Shown in pieces: positions 49,120-60,743 of a stretch of 64,000 nucleotides of DNA. The position numbers were made by a program, and so were the translations under genes. This DNA is from Macrostomum lignano (Eukaryota): NCBI GenBank assembly GCA_002269645.1, contig NIVC01000129.1, positions 852,755-916,754 of the forward strand. The letters are read 5' to 3'. The notes under the pieces are model-generated. The model saw only the letters and a program-made list of their open reading frames with translations. It was not told the DNA's origin and made no database searches. The stretch's first letter is position 1. Each line of letters opens with the position of its first letter.

Positions 49120-52100
49120 CAGATAGATAGATAGATAGATAGACAGATAGATAGACAGAGATATACACTCGTATTGTAGATAGACAGACATGACTCAAAA
49201 CCACACTGAGTAGCTCACTCCCCAGGCACAAGTGCTGGCGCTGCAGCATTGCATGGTGGGAGTCACCCTCGTAGGCAGGCCCGCATTTAACTTAAAAACG
49301 TTGCAGGCGGACAGGATGAATGCTTTAGTAAAGCAAGCTGAAGAAACAGGAAGCAACGGAGAGATTATCCAGCATAGGATGAAGGAGGCTGAACAGGGGC
49401 GCCAGTGATTTACAACCTGGCACACCGGTGGGCGGACACCAGACAGCAAAAAAGTTTTGCCTGCCAGATGTGGAAGTTAATGCGTCCTCCAGGCATTTCG
49501 ATGCCGCAGCAGATTTGGGATAAGAAGTTCGGGTCGCAGAGGTTGTTATTGTGCATTATCACGACTTTCTTGTACTTCTGTACACCAGGGTATTGACGAC
49601 TCTCTCCCTATGAATTTCTTAGATGAAGCTGGGAATTTTTTTGATGAAGCTGTAAGGAGATTCCCCTATGAAGCTGCAAGGAGATTCTCTGATGAAGCTG
49701 TAAGGAGATTCCCCTATGAAGCTGCAAGGAGATTCTCTGATGAAGCTGGAAGGAGATTCTCTGATGAAGCTGTAAGGAGATTCTCTAAGAAGCTGCAAGG
49801 AGATTCTCTGATGAAGCTGCAAGGAGATTCTCTGATGAAGCTGCAAGGAGATTCTCTGATGAAGCTGCAAGGAGATTCTCTGATGAAGCTGCAAGGAGAT
49901 TCTCTAAGAAGCTGCAAGGAGATTCTCTGATGAAGCTGGAAGGAGATTCTCTGATGAAGCTGTAAGGAGATTCTCTGATGAAGCTGTAAGGAGATTCCCC
50001 TATGAAGCTGCAAGGAGATTCTCTGATGAAGCTGTAAGGAGATTCCCCTATAAAGCTACAAGGAGATTCTCTGATGAAGCTGGAAGGAGATTCTCTGATG
50101 AAGCTGCAAGGAGATTCTCTGATGAAGCTGCAAGGAGATTCTCTGATGAAGCTGGAAGGAGATTCTCTAAGAAGCTGCAAGGAGATTCTCTGATGAAGCT
50201 GGAAGGAGATTCTCTAAGAAGCTGCAAGGAGATTCTCTGATGAAGCTGGAAGGAGATTCTCTAAGAAGCTGCAAGGAGATTCTCTGATGAAGCTGCAAGG
50301 AGATTCTCTGATGAAGCTGGAAGGAGATTCTCTGATGAAGCTGCAAGGAGATTCTCTAAGAAGCTGCAAGGAGATTCTCTGATGAAGCTGCAAGGAGATT
50401 CTCTAAGAAGCTGCAAGGAGATTCTCTAAGAAGCTGCAAGGAGATTCTCTGATGAAGCTGCAAGGAGATTCTCTGATGAAGCTGTAAGGAGATTCTCTGA
50501 TGAAGCTGCAAGGAGATTCTCTGATGAAGCTGGAATGAGATTCTCTGATGAAGCTGCAAGGAGATTCTCTGATGAAGCTGCAAGGAGATTCTCTAAGAAG
50601 CTGCAAGGAGATTCTCTGATGAAGCTGGAAGGAGATTCTCTGATGAAGTTGTAAGGAGATTCTCTGATGAAGCTGTAAGGAGATTCTTTGATGAAGGTGT
50701 AAGGTGATTCTCTGATGAAGCTGCAAGGAGATTCTCTGATGAAGCTGCAAGATTCACTGATGAAGCTGGAAGTCAAGTTTCAACGTGAAATTCTACATCA
50801 ACAAAAGTCTGCCTTCATAAAGATCGCTTTGACTTTACAAGCAGTTCTCCCACTTCAAGGTGCATCGGTCACGGACCTGCTGTGCACAGCCAGCATCTAC
50901 CTTGACACAGTCCAGTGCCATCTGGCCTATCTGCACACCATCTGCTGCAGCATTGAGGCCTGTCTAACGCGCCTGCAACCAGGCAACAGGAGCAACAATC
51001 GGAAGCTTTTCTGCCTGACTCTGGCCGCGCCTTGGTGCACAGCGATTGCGCAAACGACTGCAGCATTTGCGGCATCTGCAATACTTGACAACAGCAGGCC
51101 TCCTTATTTAGCTGGCAACGACAATAGCCAGGTTGTTGGCTGCGGCAGTTGCCACCCGAATTTGACGCTGATGCGATGGATTTTAGGCTGGGCCCTGCCG
51201 GCCACTGCGGCCTGCGGTGGGACGCTGGCTTGGCTTGCTATGAGCAGCTGCAGATGGCAGAGATGCTGCACACTCCATCACTGTCCAAGGAGTCTGCGTA
51301 CGGAGGAGAACAGTGCATCTGAAGTCTGCTATATCGTCACAGGACAGCAGTCAAGACTGAACAATGGGGCTCTCGAAGTTATTCAAGAGGAGAACGAGAG
51401 GGGACCGGAGGAGCAAAGGTGAGCAACTCTGAGTCAATTTATTTTTGCAAAAATTTGTTCTTCTGCTTAAACTATGCCTAATTATTGTGTTTTCTTCAGT
51501 GCCCTCGCGCCTCCCTAACCGCTCTCTCCCCCTTTCCTACCCGCTCTCTCCCCCTTTCCTACCCGCTCTCTCCCCCTTCCCTACCCGCTCTCTCCCTTCC
51601 CTATCCGCTCTCTCTCTTCCCTATCCGCTCTCTCCCTTCCCTATCCGCTCTCTCCCTTCCCTATCCGCTCTCTCCCTTCCCTATCCGCTCTCTCCCTTCC
51701 CTATCCGCTCTCTCCCTTCCCTATCCGCTCTCTCCCTTCCCTATCCGCTCTCTCCCTTCCCTACCCGCTCTCTTCCCTCCCTATCCGCTCTCTCCCTTCC
51801 CTACCCGCTCTCTTCCCTCCCTATCCGCTCTCTCCCTTCCCTATCCGCTCTCTCCCTTCCCTATCCGCTCTCTCCCTTCCCTATCCGCTCTCTCCCTTCC
51901 CTATCCGCTCTCTCCCTTCCCTATCCGCTCTCTCCCTTCCCTATCTGCTCTCTCCCATCCTTACCCGCTCTCCTCCTTCCTCTTTATTTAGGCCTCATTT
52001 CGCTCCCAAAATAATGATTTGCTTACAGCGATATGGCCCCAGAGCCGAGACAGCCGACTGAAGTCATGGGCCTGCACCTCAGCCTCCTGTTTGTCAGCCT

Positions 52101-53038
52101 GGCATTCTGGTCCCCCTATGCCATGTGCAACCTGCTGCACTGCCTGCCACAGCTGCGGCAACAGGAGATAATCGAGACCAATATGCTATTAAACTGGAGC
52201 AGCGTATCCAATGCCAGGTGGATAGCTCAGGCTACCTGTCTGGCTTATCCTGTGTTCTTTCTAACAGCCGACGCAAATCTGAGAGCGACAATGGTTGCTA
52301 AACTGCGGACAGGTCAATTAACTTAATCTCGCTAATTAATTATGCGTTCATGTTTTCGTTACAGCATATTCCACAATTATAACGGTCCACCGGACTGGCA
52401 CACAATGGCACAGTCAGCATCACGGTTAACTTATTCTGATCAACTTCTTTCCCATTTTAATTCCCATAATTCCTTTTTTTAAGATTCGATACAGCCTTTA
52501 TGATCTTATTTTCAAATCTCATATCCCATTCCGAATTCCATATCAGATTCCTTAATCCCATATTCCCAGATATCATTTCCTAATCCCATATCCAATTCCC
52601 TAATTCTATATCTGCCTTCTTAATCCCATATCACTAATTCCACATGTCTCATATCCCAAATGATATTCTGGCAACATACAACCGCAATTAAAAGCATTTA
52701 ATAGGCAACTTGAGATGCAGCCGTTACTCTCGCACTTATTCTAAAAGTTAATGCCACCGCAGAAAAGTACTTTTCCCACAGCTTGTCAAAAGCAGAAAGC
52801 TCTGCGTTTTATGTCGCGCACAACTGCTGAAGTTCCGTCATCAGTGACTTGTCAGAATCTTATTATTAGAATAGTCAAGCAGTCAGTCACTGTTACTTAA
52901 AGCAAAAGTTTGTTTAAAAACAAAATTTGCGAAATGAAGAGTCATGCAGTGAGAAAACCAAGTGTTTTTTTATTTTGGAGAACTGCGTTTGTGAAATATT
53001 GCAGTTGCTGTACATTTCAGCATACATTACAAGTAACT

Positions 53039-53088
<50 letters not shown>

Positions 53089-53132
53089 CACATAGATAGA
53101 TAGATAAATAGATAGATAGATAGATAGATAGC

Positions 53133-53212
<80 letters not shown>

Positions 53213-53215
53213 CAC

Positions 53216-53251
<36 letters not shown>

Positions 53252-53509
53252 CTAGATAGATAGATAGATAGATAGATAGACAGATAGATAGATAGATAGA
53301 TAGATAGACAGATAGATGGTAGATAGCGAGAAAGAGCGAGCGAAGCGAGCTCTTTCGAGCTTGCTTGCCGCAGCCAATCAAGCTGAATGCACGCACACAA
53401 GATCACCGGAAACGATTAAGGCAGCTGGAAAGCCAATGGGCGCGGTAAGCGCTTTTATCCAGAGGAACTACCTGCTGGAACCAGCCTGCTAGATAGATAG
53501 ATAGATAGT

Positions 53510-53561
<52 letters not shown>

Positions 53562-53563
53562 CG

Positions 53564-53637
<74 letters not shown>

Positions 53638-56316
53638 CGGATAGATAGATAGATAGATAAATAGTTAGATAGATAGATAGGTAAATAGTTTGATAGATAA
53701 ATAGTTAGATAGATAGATAGATAAATAGTTAGATAGATAGGTAGATAAATAGTTAGATATAAATAGATAGATAGATAGATAGATAAATAGTTAGATAGAT
53801 AGGTAGATAAATAGTTAGATATAAATAGTTAGATAGATAGATAGATACATAGTTAGATATAAATAGTTAGATAGATAGGTAGATAAATAGTTAGATATAA
53901 ATAGTTAGATAGATAGATAGATTAATAGTTAGATATAAATAGTTAGATAGATAGATAGATAAATAGTTAGATATAAATAGTTAGATAGATAGATAGATAG
54001 ATAGTTAGATAGATAGGTAGATAAATAGTTAGATATAAATAGTTAGATAGATAGATAGATAAATAGTTAGATATAAATAGTTAGATAGATACAGACACAC
54101 AGCCGCAGGCAGCTCACCGGCACAGCTGCTCGGCATTGTCCAGGCGCAGGTGGTGTCTCACGGCGTACCGCACAAACCAGCTGGCAAACTTGGGCATGGC
54201 CTTCACCGCTAGCTCTTCGATGTTGTCAAACGTGGCGTCCAGCAGCAGGTAGCGCAGCTGCGGCTGCCGGGCGGCCGCCCAGGTGGCCGAGTAGCCGCCG
54301 ATGGACCAGGCTAGGAGCGCCGTGTCGCCCGGTTCGAAGCCGAGGCGTTGCTGGGCAAACTGGAGCACAGTTTCTATGAACTCGCGCTCCGTTTCGGGGA
54401 ATGGCAGGCCCTGGAGTGAAGTGCGTGGGGAATCGGGTCAGTGTAGGGAAGGACAGGCAGACAGGAGACTAATATTATGCATACACCAGGAAATAAAGAC
54501 AGGCACATGCAGACAGACAGACAGAGACAGACAGACAGACAGACAGACACAGACAGACAGACAGACAGACAGATAGACAGACACAGACAGACAGACAGAC
54601 AAGACACAGACAGACAGACAGACAGACAGATAGACAGACACAGACAGACAGACAGACAAGACACAGACAGACAGACAGACATACAGACAGACAGACAGAC
54701 AGGCAGACAGACAGACACACAGACAGACAGACAGACACTAAGACAGACAGACAGACAGACAGACAGACACACAGACAGACAGACAGACACTAAGACAGAC
54801 AGACAGACAGACAGACACAGACAGACAGACAGACAGACAGACAGACCTGTCTCACCAAGCCCAACCAAGCCCAACAAGCTTGCAGGCGTAAACAGCTTGC
54901 TAATTGGTTCAGCAGTAATGTACATTAGCCACTGAATGTACAAGGCAGATTTAGGCTGGAACAACCGAGGAAGGCAATAAAAATTGGGTGGCGGGGCGGG
55001 GGGCAGAGGTTCTGTGTGGAGTTTGAGGGTTTAGGCTTGGGGTAAGAGCCAATAAAATAAGCCTTATCTTGTCTTTAAAAAAACGATATCAAAAAACAAA
55101 CTTTTTCAAGATTTAAGTATTTTGGGACACAATTTCTTGCACTAAAACCAATATACACAAAACTTAAAGAAGCAAAATTGAAAGAATTACAAATTCTGGA
55201 AATAATTTTTTTTAAGAAAGTCAGGCGTTTCTGCTAACAACCTTATCGAAAAAGCAAAATTTCTAGTAAATAACTTTTGACAAAAATGTTTTTTTAAAGC
55301 TAAACTACTTTAAGTAGGAAAAATTTCTGCAAGAGAACATTTATAGAGAAAGAAACTATTTAAAAAAGACAAATTTAGCTAAAATAAATTTTAAAAAATA
55401 ATTTTCGAAGAAACAGCTATTCTAAGAAAGGAAGAGATTCAAATTAGTGATCATCAATTCTTGGAAAGTTCACAAACCAACCTGCAATCTGGCCCTGGTC
55501 TGCTGCAGCATCGGTCGAACCACCGCGTTCATCAGCGCAGTGCAGCCGGGATAAGTCATTCTGATTCCGATTGTTTGCACTAGCAACCGACTGGCCGGCC
55601 CTAGCAACCAATCCAACGGATGAGGCACCGGTTCGGCTGGCCCAGAAGCAGGCTGAAGAGGCTGAGTTTGAGTCGCTTTGAACTCAACTGGCCAAGCCCA
55701 GAAGTCGAAGTCGTACTTGGACAGAGATTCTTTGTCCTCGGCTGTGAAGCCGCGTCGAGCCTTGCGCAACGATTGCGTAAAAGCCGAATAGGTGGGATTG
55801 AGGCTGCGGCCCAGGGTGCGGCAGCAGGCGGCGCACAGCAGGAGGCAGACGGCACCGATGGAGTAGGACAGAGCCGACTGGCAGCGGAGTGACAGCTGGT
55901 CCGCTGCGGTGGTAGGGCAGCGTTGTTTTATTGATAGAATGGATCCACTGAGGATCTGGTAGGCTGGCCCAGCAACTGAGGATCTGGGAGGCTGGCCCAG
56001 CAACTGAGGATCTAGTAGGCTGGCCCAGCAACTGAGGATCTGGGAGGCTGGCCTAGCAACTGAGGATCTGGGTGCAATACTACAGTGGAATACTCAATTG
56101 TAATATGAGACAACTTTCAAGTGTAGTTGGTTAACAGGCTAACTACTTAGTAGTATAGTAAGCAAATTTCAGCCTACATTAGAAGACAGTATAATGTGGA
56201 CAATCACAGCAATCAGATGAACAAATTAACAAACCTGAGGAGTAGAGCGCCTGTTTCAGCATGTACGGCAAAGCCATTGGCCAGCCCCATTGGGCCAAGC
56301 CAATGCAAAATCGTGT
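46206..56316 (-). CDS. ABHD16A: ABHD16A (BAT5)-like phosphatidylserine lipase, as assembled lacking its central exon and first exon(s)
   Basis: Exons in transcript order: 56316-56235 (tentative), 55903-55482, 54410-54118, 47678-47468, 47042-46854, 46415-46206, with compatible phases. Family motifs: [34 protein letters not shown] (nucleophile), [42 protein letters not shown]. Confidence 0.88.
46470..46709 (-). mobile_element. tRNA-derived SINE with a CORE-like central domain
   Basis: Minus strand has an A-box TAGTGGTTAGAGC and B-box GGTTCGATTC, then GTGTTCTTGAGCAAGACGCTTTAC...CTTCAGTTCACTCAGCTGTAAAATGGGT, similar to the MIR/CORE consensus. Lies in the last ABHD16A intron. Confidence 0.75.
47770..48142. 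promoter_or_regulatory. Short 20-bp tandem repeat containing perfect CRE palindromes (TGACGTCA)
   Basis: TGACGTCA at 47789, 47829 and 48135 plus near-matches, 0.4-0.8 kb upstream of the GPCR ATG. Function is inferred only. Confidence 0.3.
48557..52326 (+). CDS. Divergent rhodopsin-family (class A) GPCR, 353 aa, nested antisense in an ABHD16A intron
   Basis: Exons 48557-48761, 50860-51418, 52029-52326 (phases 1 and 2, GT-AG, 1062 nt). Seven hydrophobic segments; Cys at the top of TM3 and in ECL2; TM4 W; TM5 LP; TM6 FWSPY; TM7 LAYPVFF. Confidence 0.75.
48830..49160. repeat. (GATA)n microsatellite
   Basis: Direct. Confidence 0.95.
49620..50760. repeat. 24-bp minisatellite (CTGATGAAGCTGCAAGGAGATTCT)n
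   Basis: Tandem units in GPCR intron 1. Confidence 0.95.
51520..51970. repeat. 20-bp minisatellite (TCCCTTCCCTATCCGCTCTC)n
   Basis: Tandem units in GPCR intron 2. Confidence 0.95.
53040..54090. repeat. (GATA)n arrays with a unique ~160-bp island (53330-53490)
   Basis: Direct. Confidence 0.93.
54500..54845. repeat. (GACA)n microsatellite
   Basis: Direct. Confidence 0.95.
55940..56070. repeat. ~30-bp tandem repeat (CCCAGCAACTGAGGATCTGGGAGGCTGG)
   Basis: About four units. Confidence 0.85.
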
Positions 56317-56912
56317 CTAAAACAGTGTGGCAATTGAAATGGTCTCATTTATGGCAACTTACTCTATCTAGACTAGATACCAAATAAAGCAAGGATAAAA
56401 CTTACTGTTCCAAAAATATAATCAGGAATGGCTTCAAAGATGTTTGCTTCATATGGCTGGCTCTAAAATAAAAAAATAAAAAAATGACATCAGATTAGTC
56501 TATGCAACATCTGATTTGATTTGAATCTTAAATGTACTTACTTGGCTACTTGAGTCCAAGTAGCGATAGAGCCTTGGTCCAGAAATAAAATCCCAAATTT
56601 TTGACATCTGGAAGAAATAGCTGAGTAATAAATAAGTTTGCCTTTAAGGATCATAGGCTATAGAAAAAGTATTGAATAAACTTAATTTAGAGTTAATTCA
56701 ACAAATAGATTGAACACATTGAATTGAACAGCCTTTCAAAGTAAAGTCAAAATAGATTACATACACAACTTTTTTCAGTTTTATTCATTAGGTGGAACTT
56801 AGTTCTTTGACAAGAATGCAGCATTGCTGCATATGACTTCTGAATGAAAATTATTTTTTTCTTGCTTTCTAGGATAGAATTCTTATAATTTGGAATGTCT
56901 AATGGAACTATG

Positions 56913-57781
56913 CAGTGTTGGGCACCGTTAATGAAAATCTTAACTTTCGTTAATAGCAAAAGCATTTGCGTTAAAACAAAAAAAATCTTAACTTTTTAAC
57001 TCCTAATTTTGTTAAGTTAACTGATAATCGTTAATAAGCATTATTCTGTTAAAGTTAACACAGAAAATATGGAAATCTTGCACATTTTTTCCAAAACAGA
57101 CTTTGTAATGTACGTCTTTGCTATTCCATCTTTTTAGCGAAACACAGGTCATCTAAGCAATTTGAAAGCTAAAAAAGTAATAAATAATCATTTTAAAAAA
57201 CTTGCATGCATAATACTACTAAAAGTAAAGCATATGGTAAAAAAGTAACTTTTTTATTTGAAACTTAAAAGCTAATAATGAGAAATTCATAATTAAATAC
57301 ACATAGGAAGGTTGTTTCAGTACTATTAGCAGGCGCAACAGAAAGTTGCGAAAGATTGGGACAGAAGTGAATCAAAGCGATCGATGCTCATGCGCAAGAA
57401 ATAAAGTTTCACACTATTTTAATTCATTATTTTAAAGTTTATTTGTAAGAAGTTGTTAATTACATATACATCTGTATGATCATCGTCATAAATAAAGAGA
57501 TTAAATTTAGGCATATAGGTAAGCTCAAATACATTTGTAATGTTTAAACTTCTTGTAAGACTTACATTTTTCGTTCCTTCTTTGCGTCTTTGGTCATTGA
57601 CATAGACACTACCGTTAACGATGAATTTATTGTTAATTCACAAAATTTTTAACACAAATTCGTTAATTTGTTAGTTCAAAAAAATCTTAACGACAGTCCG
57701 TTAATGTTAATGAAAAATATTAATGCTTATTAACACTTATTAACAGATTAACGCTTATTAATGGACTAGTGCCCAACACTG
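56913..57781. mobile_element. Non-autonomous hAT-type element (869 bp)
   Basis: TIRs CAGTGTTGGGCAC / GTGCCCAACACTG; perfect 8-bp TSD GAACTATG at 56905-56912 and 57782-57789; subterminal TTAAC/GTTAA repeats. Confidence 0.9.
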
Positions 57782-60743
57782 GAACTATGCAATTTATTAA
57801 TCATATACAAAACAATATCTCCTTGTTGCATTTTATGATTTTGGATGACTTAATAAATAACAAATGGTAGATAGTTTTCTTAGAAAGCTTAATTCAAATT
57901 CCTGTCAAATTTGTTTTTACTATATTCATTTTCATTCTATGTGTGATTATTATCTTACTAGTAACTATTGTGCATTTGTACTTTTTTAATATAAATTTGA
58001 CACATTTTGTTTTTAAGGCTTATCCTTGTTTGTTTTAACTAATTAATGCTTTTGTTATGCCATAAAGTTGGCATAAAGAAACTCAAGGTTTATTTTAACA
58101 AGCAAGTAGCCTATTTAATAATGACACAAGCAGGGGCTAAGAGAATACCAAAATAGAGTCACATAATGACAGTTAACTATATACAAGTTTGTAGAAGCTT
58201 AGGGGATGGCCAATCAGAGCAAAGGGAGAGAAAAAAATGGTGACTGGTATGTAGCGCTCCAGAACTATAGCTTATTTCTTATTCTATTTTTTCTTTTTTG
58301 ACCATTTGTGTTTTTTCTTTTATATCAATTTTTTAATTTTCTATTTTTTATCTTAAGCATCCCTGTTTAAATTTTTAGTTCATTGTTGATTAGGCTAATT
58401 TTGAAATATACTCCTTAGCTACCCTGTCACCTAGGGCCTAACTAAAACCGCTAAGCTTGCCAGGTGTCACACATAAATAGGTCCCTAGGCCTAGGTAAAA
58501 AGATGCTAAATATGCACTTGAAGAATACATTTAGATACTGATACATAAGATATATATAATTTAGGGCTTATGTATAGAGTATACAAATTTATTATAAGTA
58601 ATATTATTATAAAATATTTTTTATATATTTCTAGTTAGGTACTTGCAATGTGGGGTTATATCTAATCTATGTCTACAACTATGTAGTGCATACAATAGGC
58701 CCTATTAACTAAACCATATAGGCCTATATATATCTTGCTTGTCTCAAACTTTGATTTAAAAAGATCAGATTTTTAGCTAAGGGCAAGAAACAAAATAAAA
58801 AGTTATTAGTAGTTACCTGTCCTGTCCTGTCCTAGGTAAGGCTTATAATATTATAAAATATTAGGCCTAGGCCTAGTAGGCCTAACTACACAATACAATA
58901 GACTTAAGAGTATACTATGCTATGGGTATAGTTACTTACAAAAGTACTAGTATTATGACAATTGACAAATATTATACGCTAGGCTTATTCCTAATCTTAT
59001 ACCCACAATTATGGCATTCTTTCGTCCAGCAATTCCCTATGTTATATACTCAGTTTCGTTTTAAAATCCCATTAAAATGAGTGAAAAGGTGACATAGTTT
59101 ATCAGACAAAAGATGTCATAGTATTTGTATTTTGTTCAATGTTTTATTTCAAAATCCACATCGGGCCACACAGACATCGGGTAGGTCTCAATTTGATAAA
59201 AGAAACCAGAATCAACCAAACCGAAGAATAAAATTTCTATGATAACTATGTTAGGCCTAGGGTTCCAGTTAGAACAACAATCAACTCGATAACATTTAGT
59301 AGGCCTAGTATAGTATGAGGTAAGGTAAGCCTAGCCTAAATAGGTTAGGAAATGACACTAGAGGGGTAAATGTACAGAACTTATGAAAGACCACCATTGA
59401 TTGACTATCAACACTGCGACTTGCGCCATGCCAACTACGCATACGACAGATACATATGTACACCGTACACGTTCACGTAGAGCGCAGTGCAGACTGATTA
59501 TTATACTAGGGCTGCTTCGATGATGAGTAAAAAGATTTGTTTCAAATTTAAATCCTCAATATGACGCCTGTCCAATCAATATAACTATTTATATTAATGC
59601 TGGTGCATGCATTTTTATATTCAAATGAAGTTGTGGTAAAAATGAAAGTATTGTACGGTTTTTACTTAAGTAGAAAAATGTTATAATCGGTACCTAAATT
59701 TTGATTGTTTAAAAATTCTTAGGACCGTTTCATTTCATATGAATTATGAATTCATATTAAATTCTAAAACGGGCTTGATCAAACTGTACTATGCTGAAAA
59801 TTGAAGGCAATCAACAGTTATAAATTATATCTATAGTCCCTAAGACTTATCTATATAAATATTTATGCATATCAATATATACAGCATGTACGAACTAGTG
59901 GATTCTCAAATAAAAAATAAGCGTGCAAGTCATGGACGTAATACTGTTTTGACATATAAGTCATACTCATATGGTTTCATTAAGGAAAGTGAAAACCGCA
60001 TTGTTTTTTATTTTGCACGTGACGCCAATCGACACATCTTTACATGGATTATATTACGACTTTTAAACAAGGACTACACAAGTTATAGGACGCTGCATAT
60101 TTTAATCGTGCAAATAAATTCAGTTTTTTATTTTAAGCTTGTGGATCAACTAGGGCCATAAGACACTACTAGCTGTGTATTGAATAACATTTATTGACAA
60201 TTTTTACATAGATGTTAATTATTAGTATAGTAGAGGTCTAGAATAAATTGAAAATTTTGCGTAATAACAAACGCGTCACAATAAAAGAGCACATTAATGA
60301 AGCTTTATTCAATATTAGCGAGAAAAACCAAATAACAACACGGATGGAGCTTTACCTGACAGAGACTGTTGACAGAGACTGCTGAGCGTAAAACAAAGGA
60401 AAAAAATTCTGAAGACCTGATTTTAATTCAGCCAAGATGTATTGCCATCGAAAAGCCAAGTATTTCGATGGCTTTGGAAAAGTATTTGTGATTTCTTGTC
60501 TATTTGAACTTCCAATGAACGTCCTCTTAACTTAAAGGTCCTTTCTGTGATTCTGTGAGCTCAGCGGGTGACTTCACAAATCCCCAAAGTTCAAATTCGC
60601 AAAGTCTCATTTTGACTACGTAGATAGATAAACAATGGGTAAGTACGAGCGTAAACAGACAGACAGACACTCCGCTCCCCAATTAAACGTGTCAGCACAC
60701 AGCAACCCTTAGTCGGGCAGCAAAGCAGGTGTCTATAAATAAA

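Noticed and set aside
49200-49600. Extra GPCR exon or separate gene in the unique patch of GPCR intron 1
   Set aside because: Frames are short with stops and show no recognisable motif. Exon 1 already joins exon 2 in phase with a sensible TM2-TM3 spacing.
59150-59200. Possible first exon of ABHD16A (minus strand RCLCGP)
   Set aside because: Too short, with no convincing start or donor; cannot be supported without cDNA.
56317-60743. RBM22-ABHD16A operon or trans-spliced pair
   Set aside because: They are on the same strand but separated by ~4.4 kb of AT-rich, TE-containing DNA, with no sequence evidence for polycistronic transcription.
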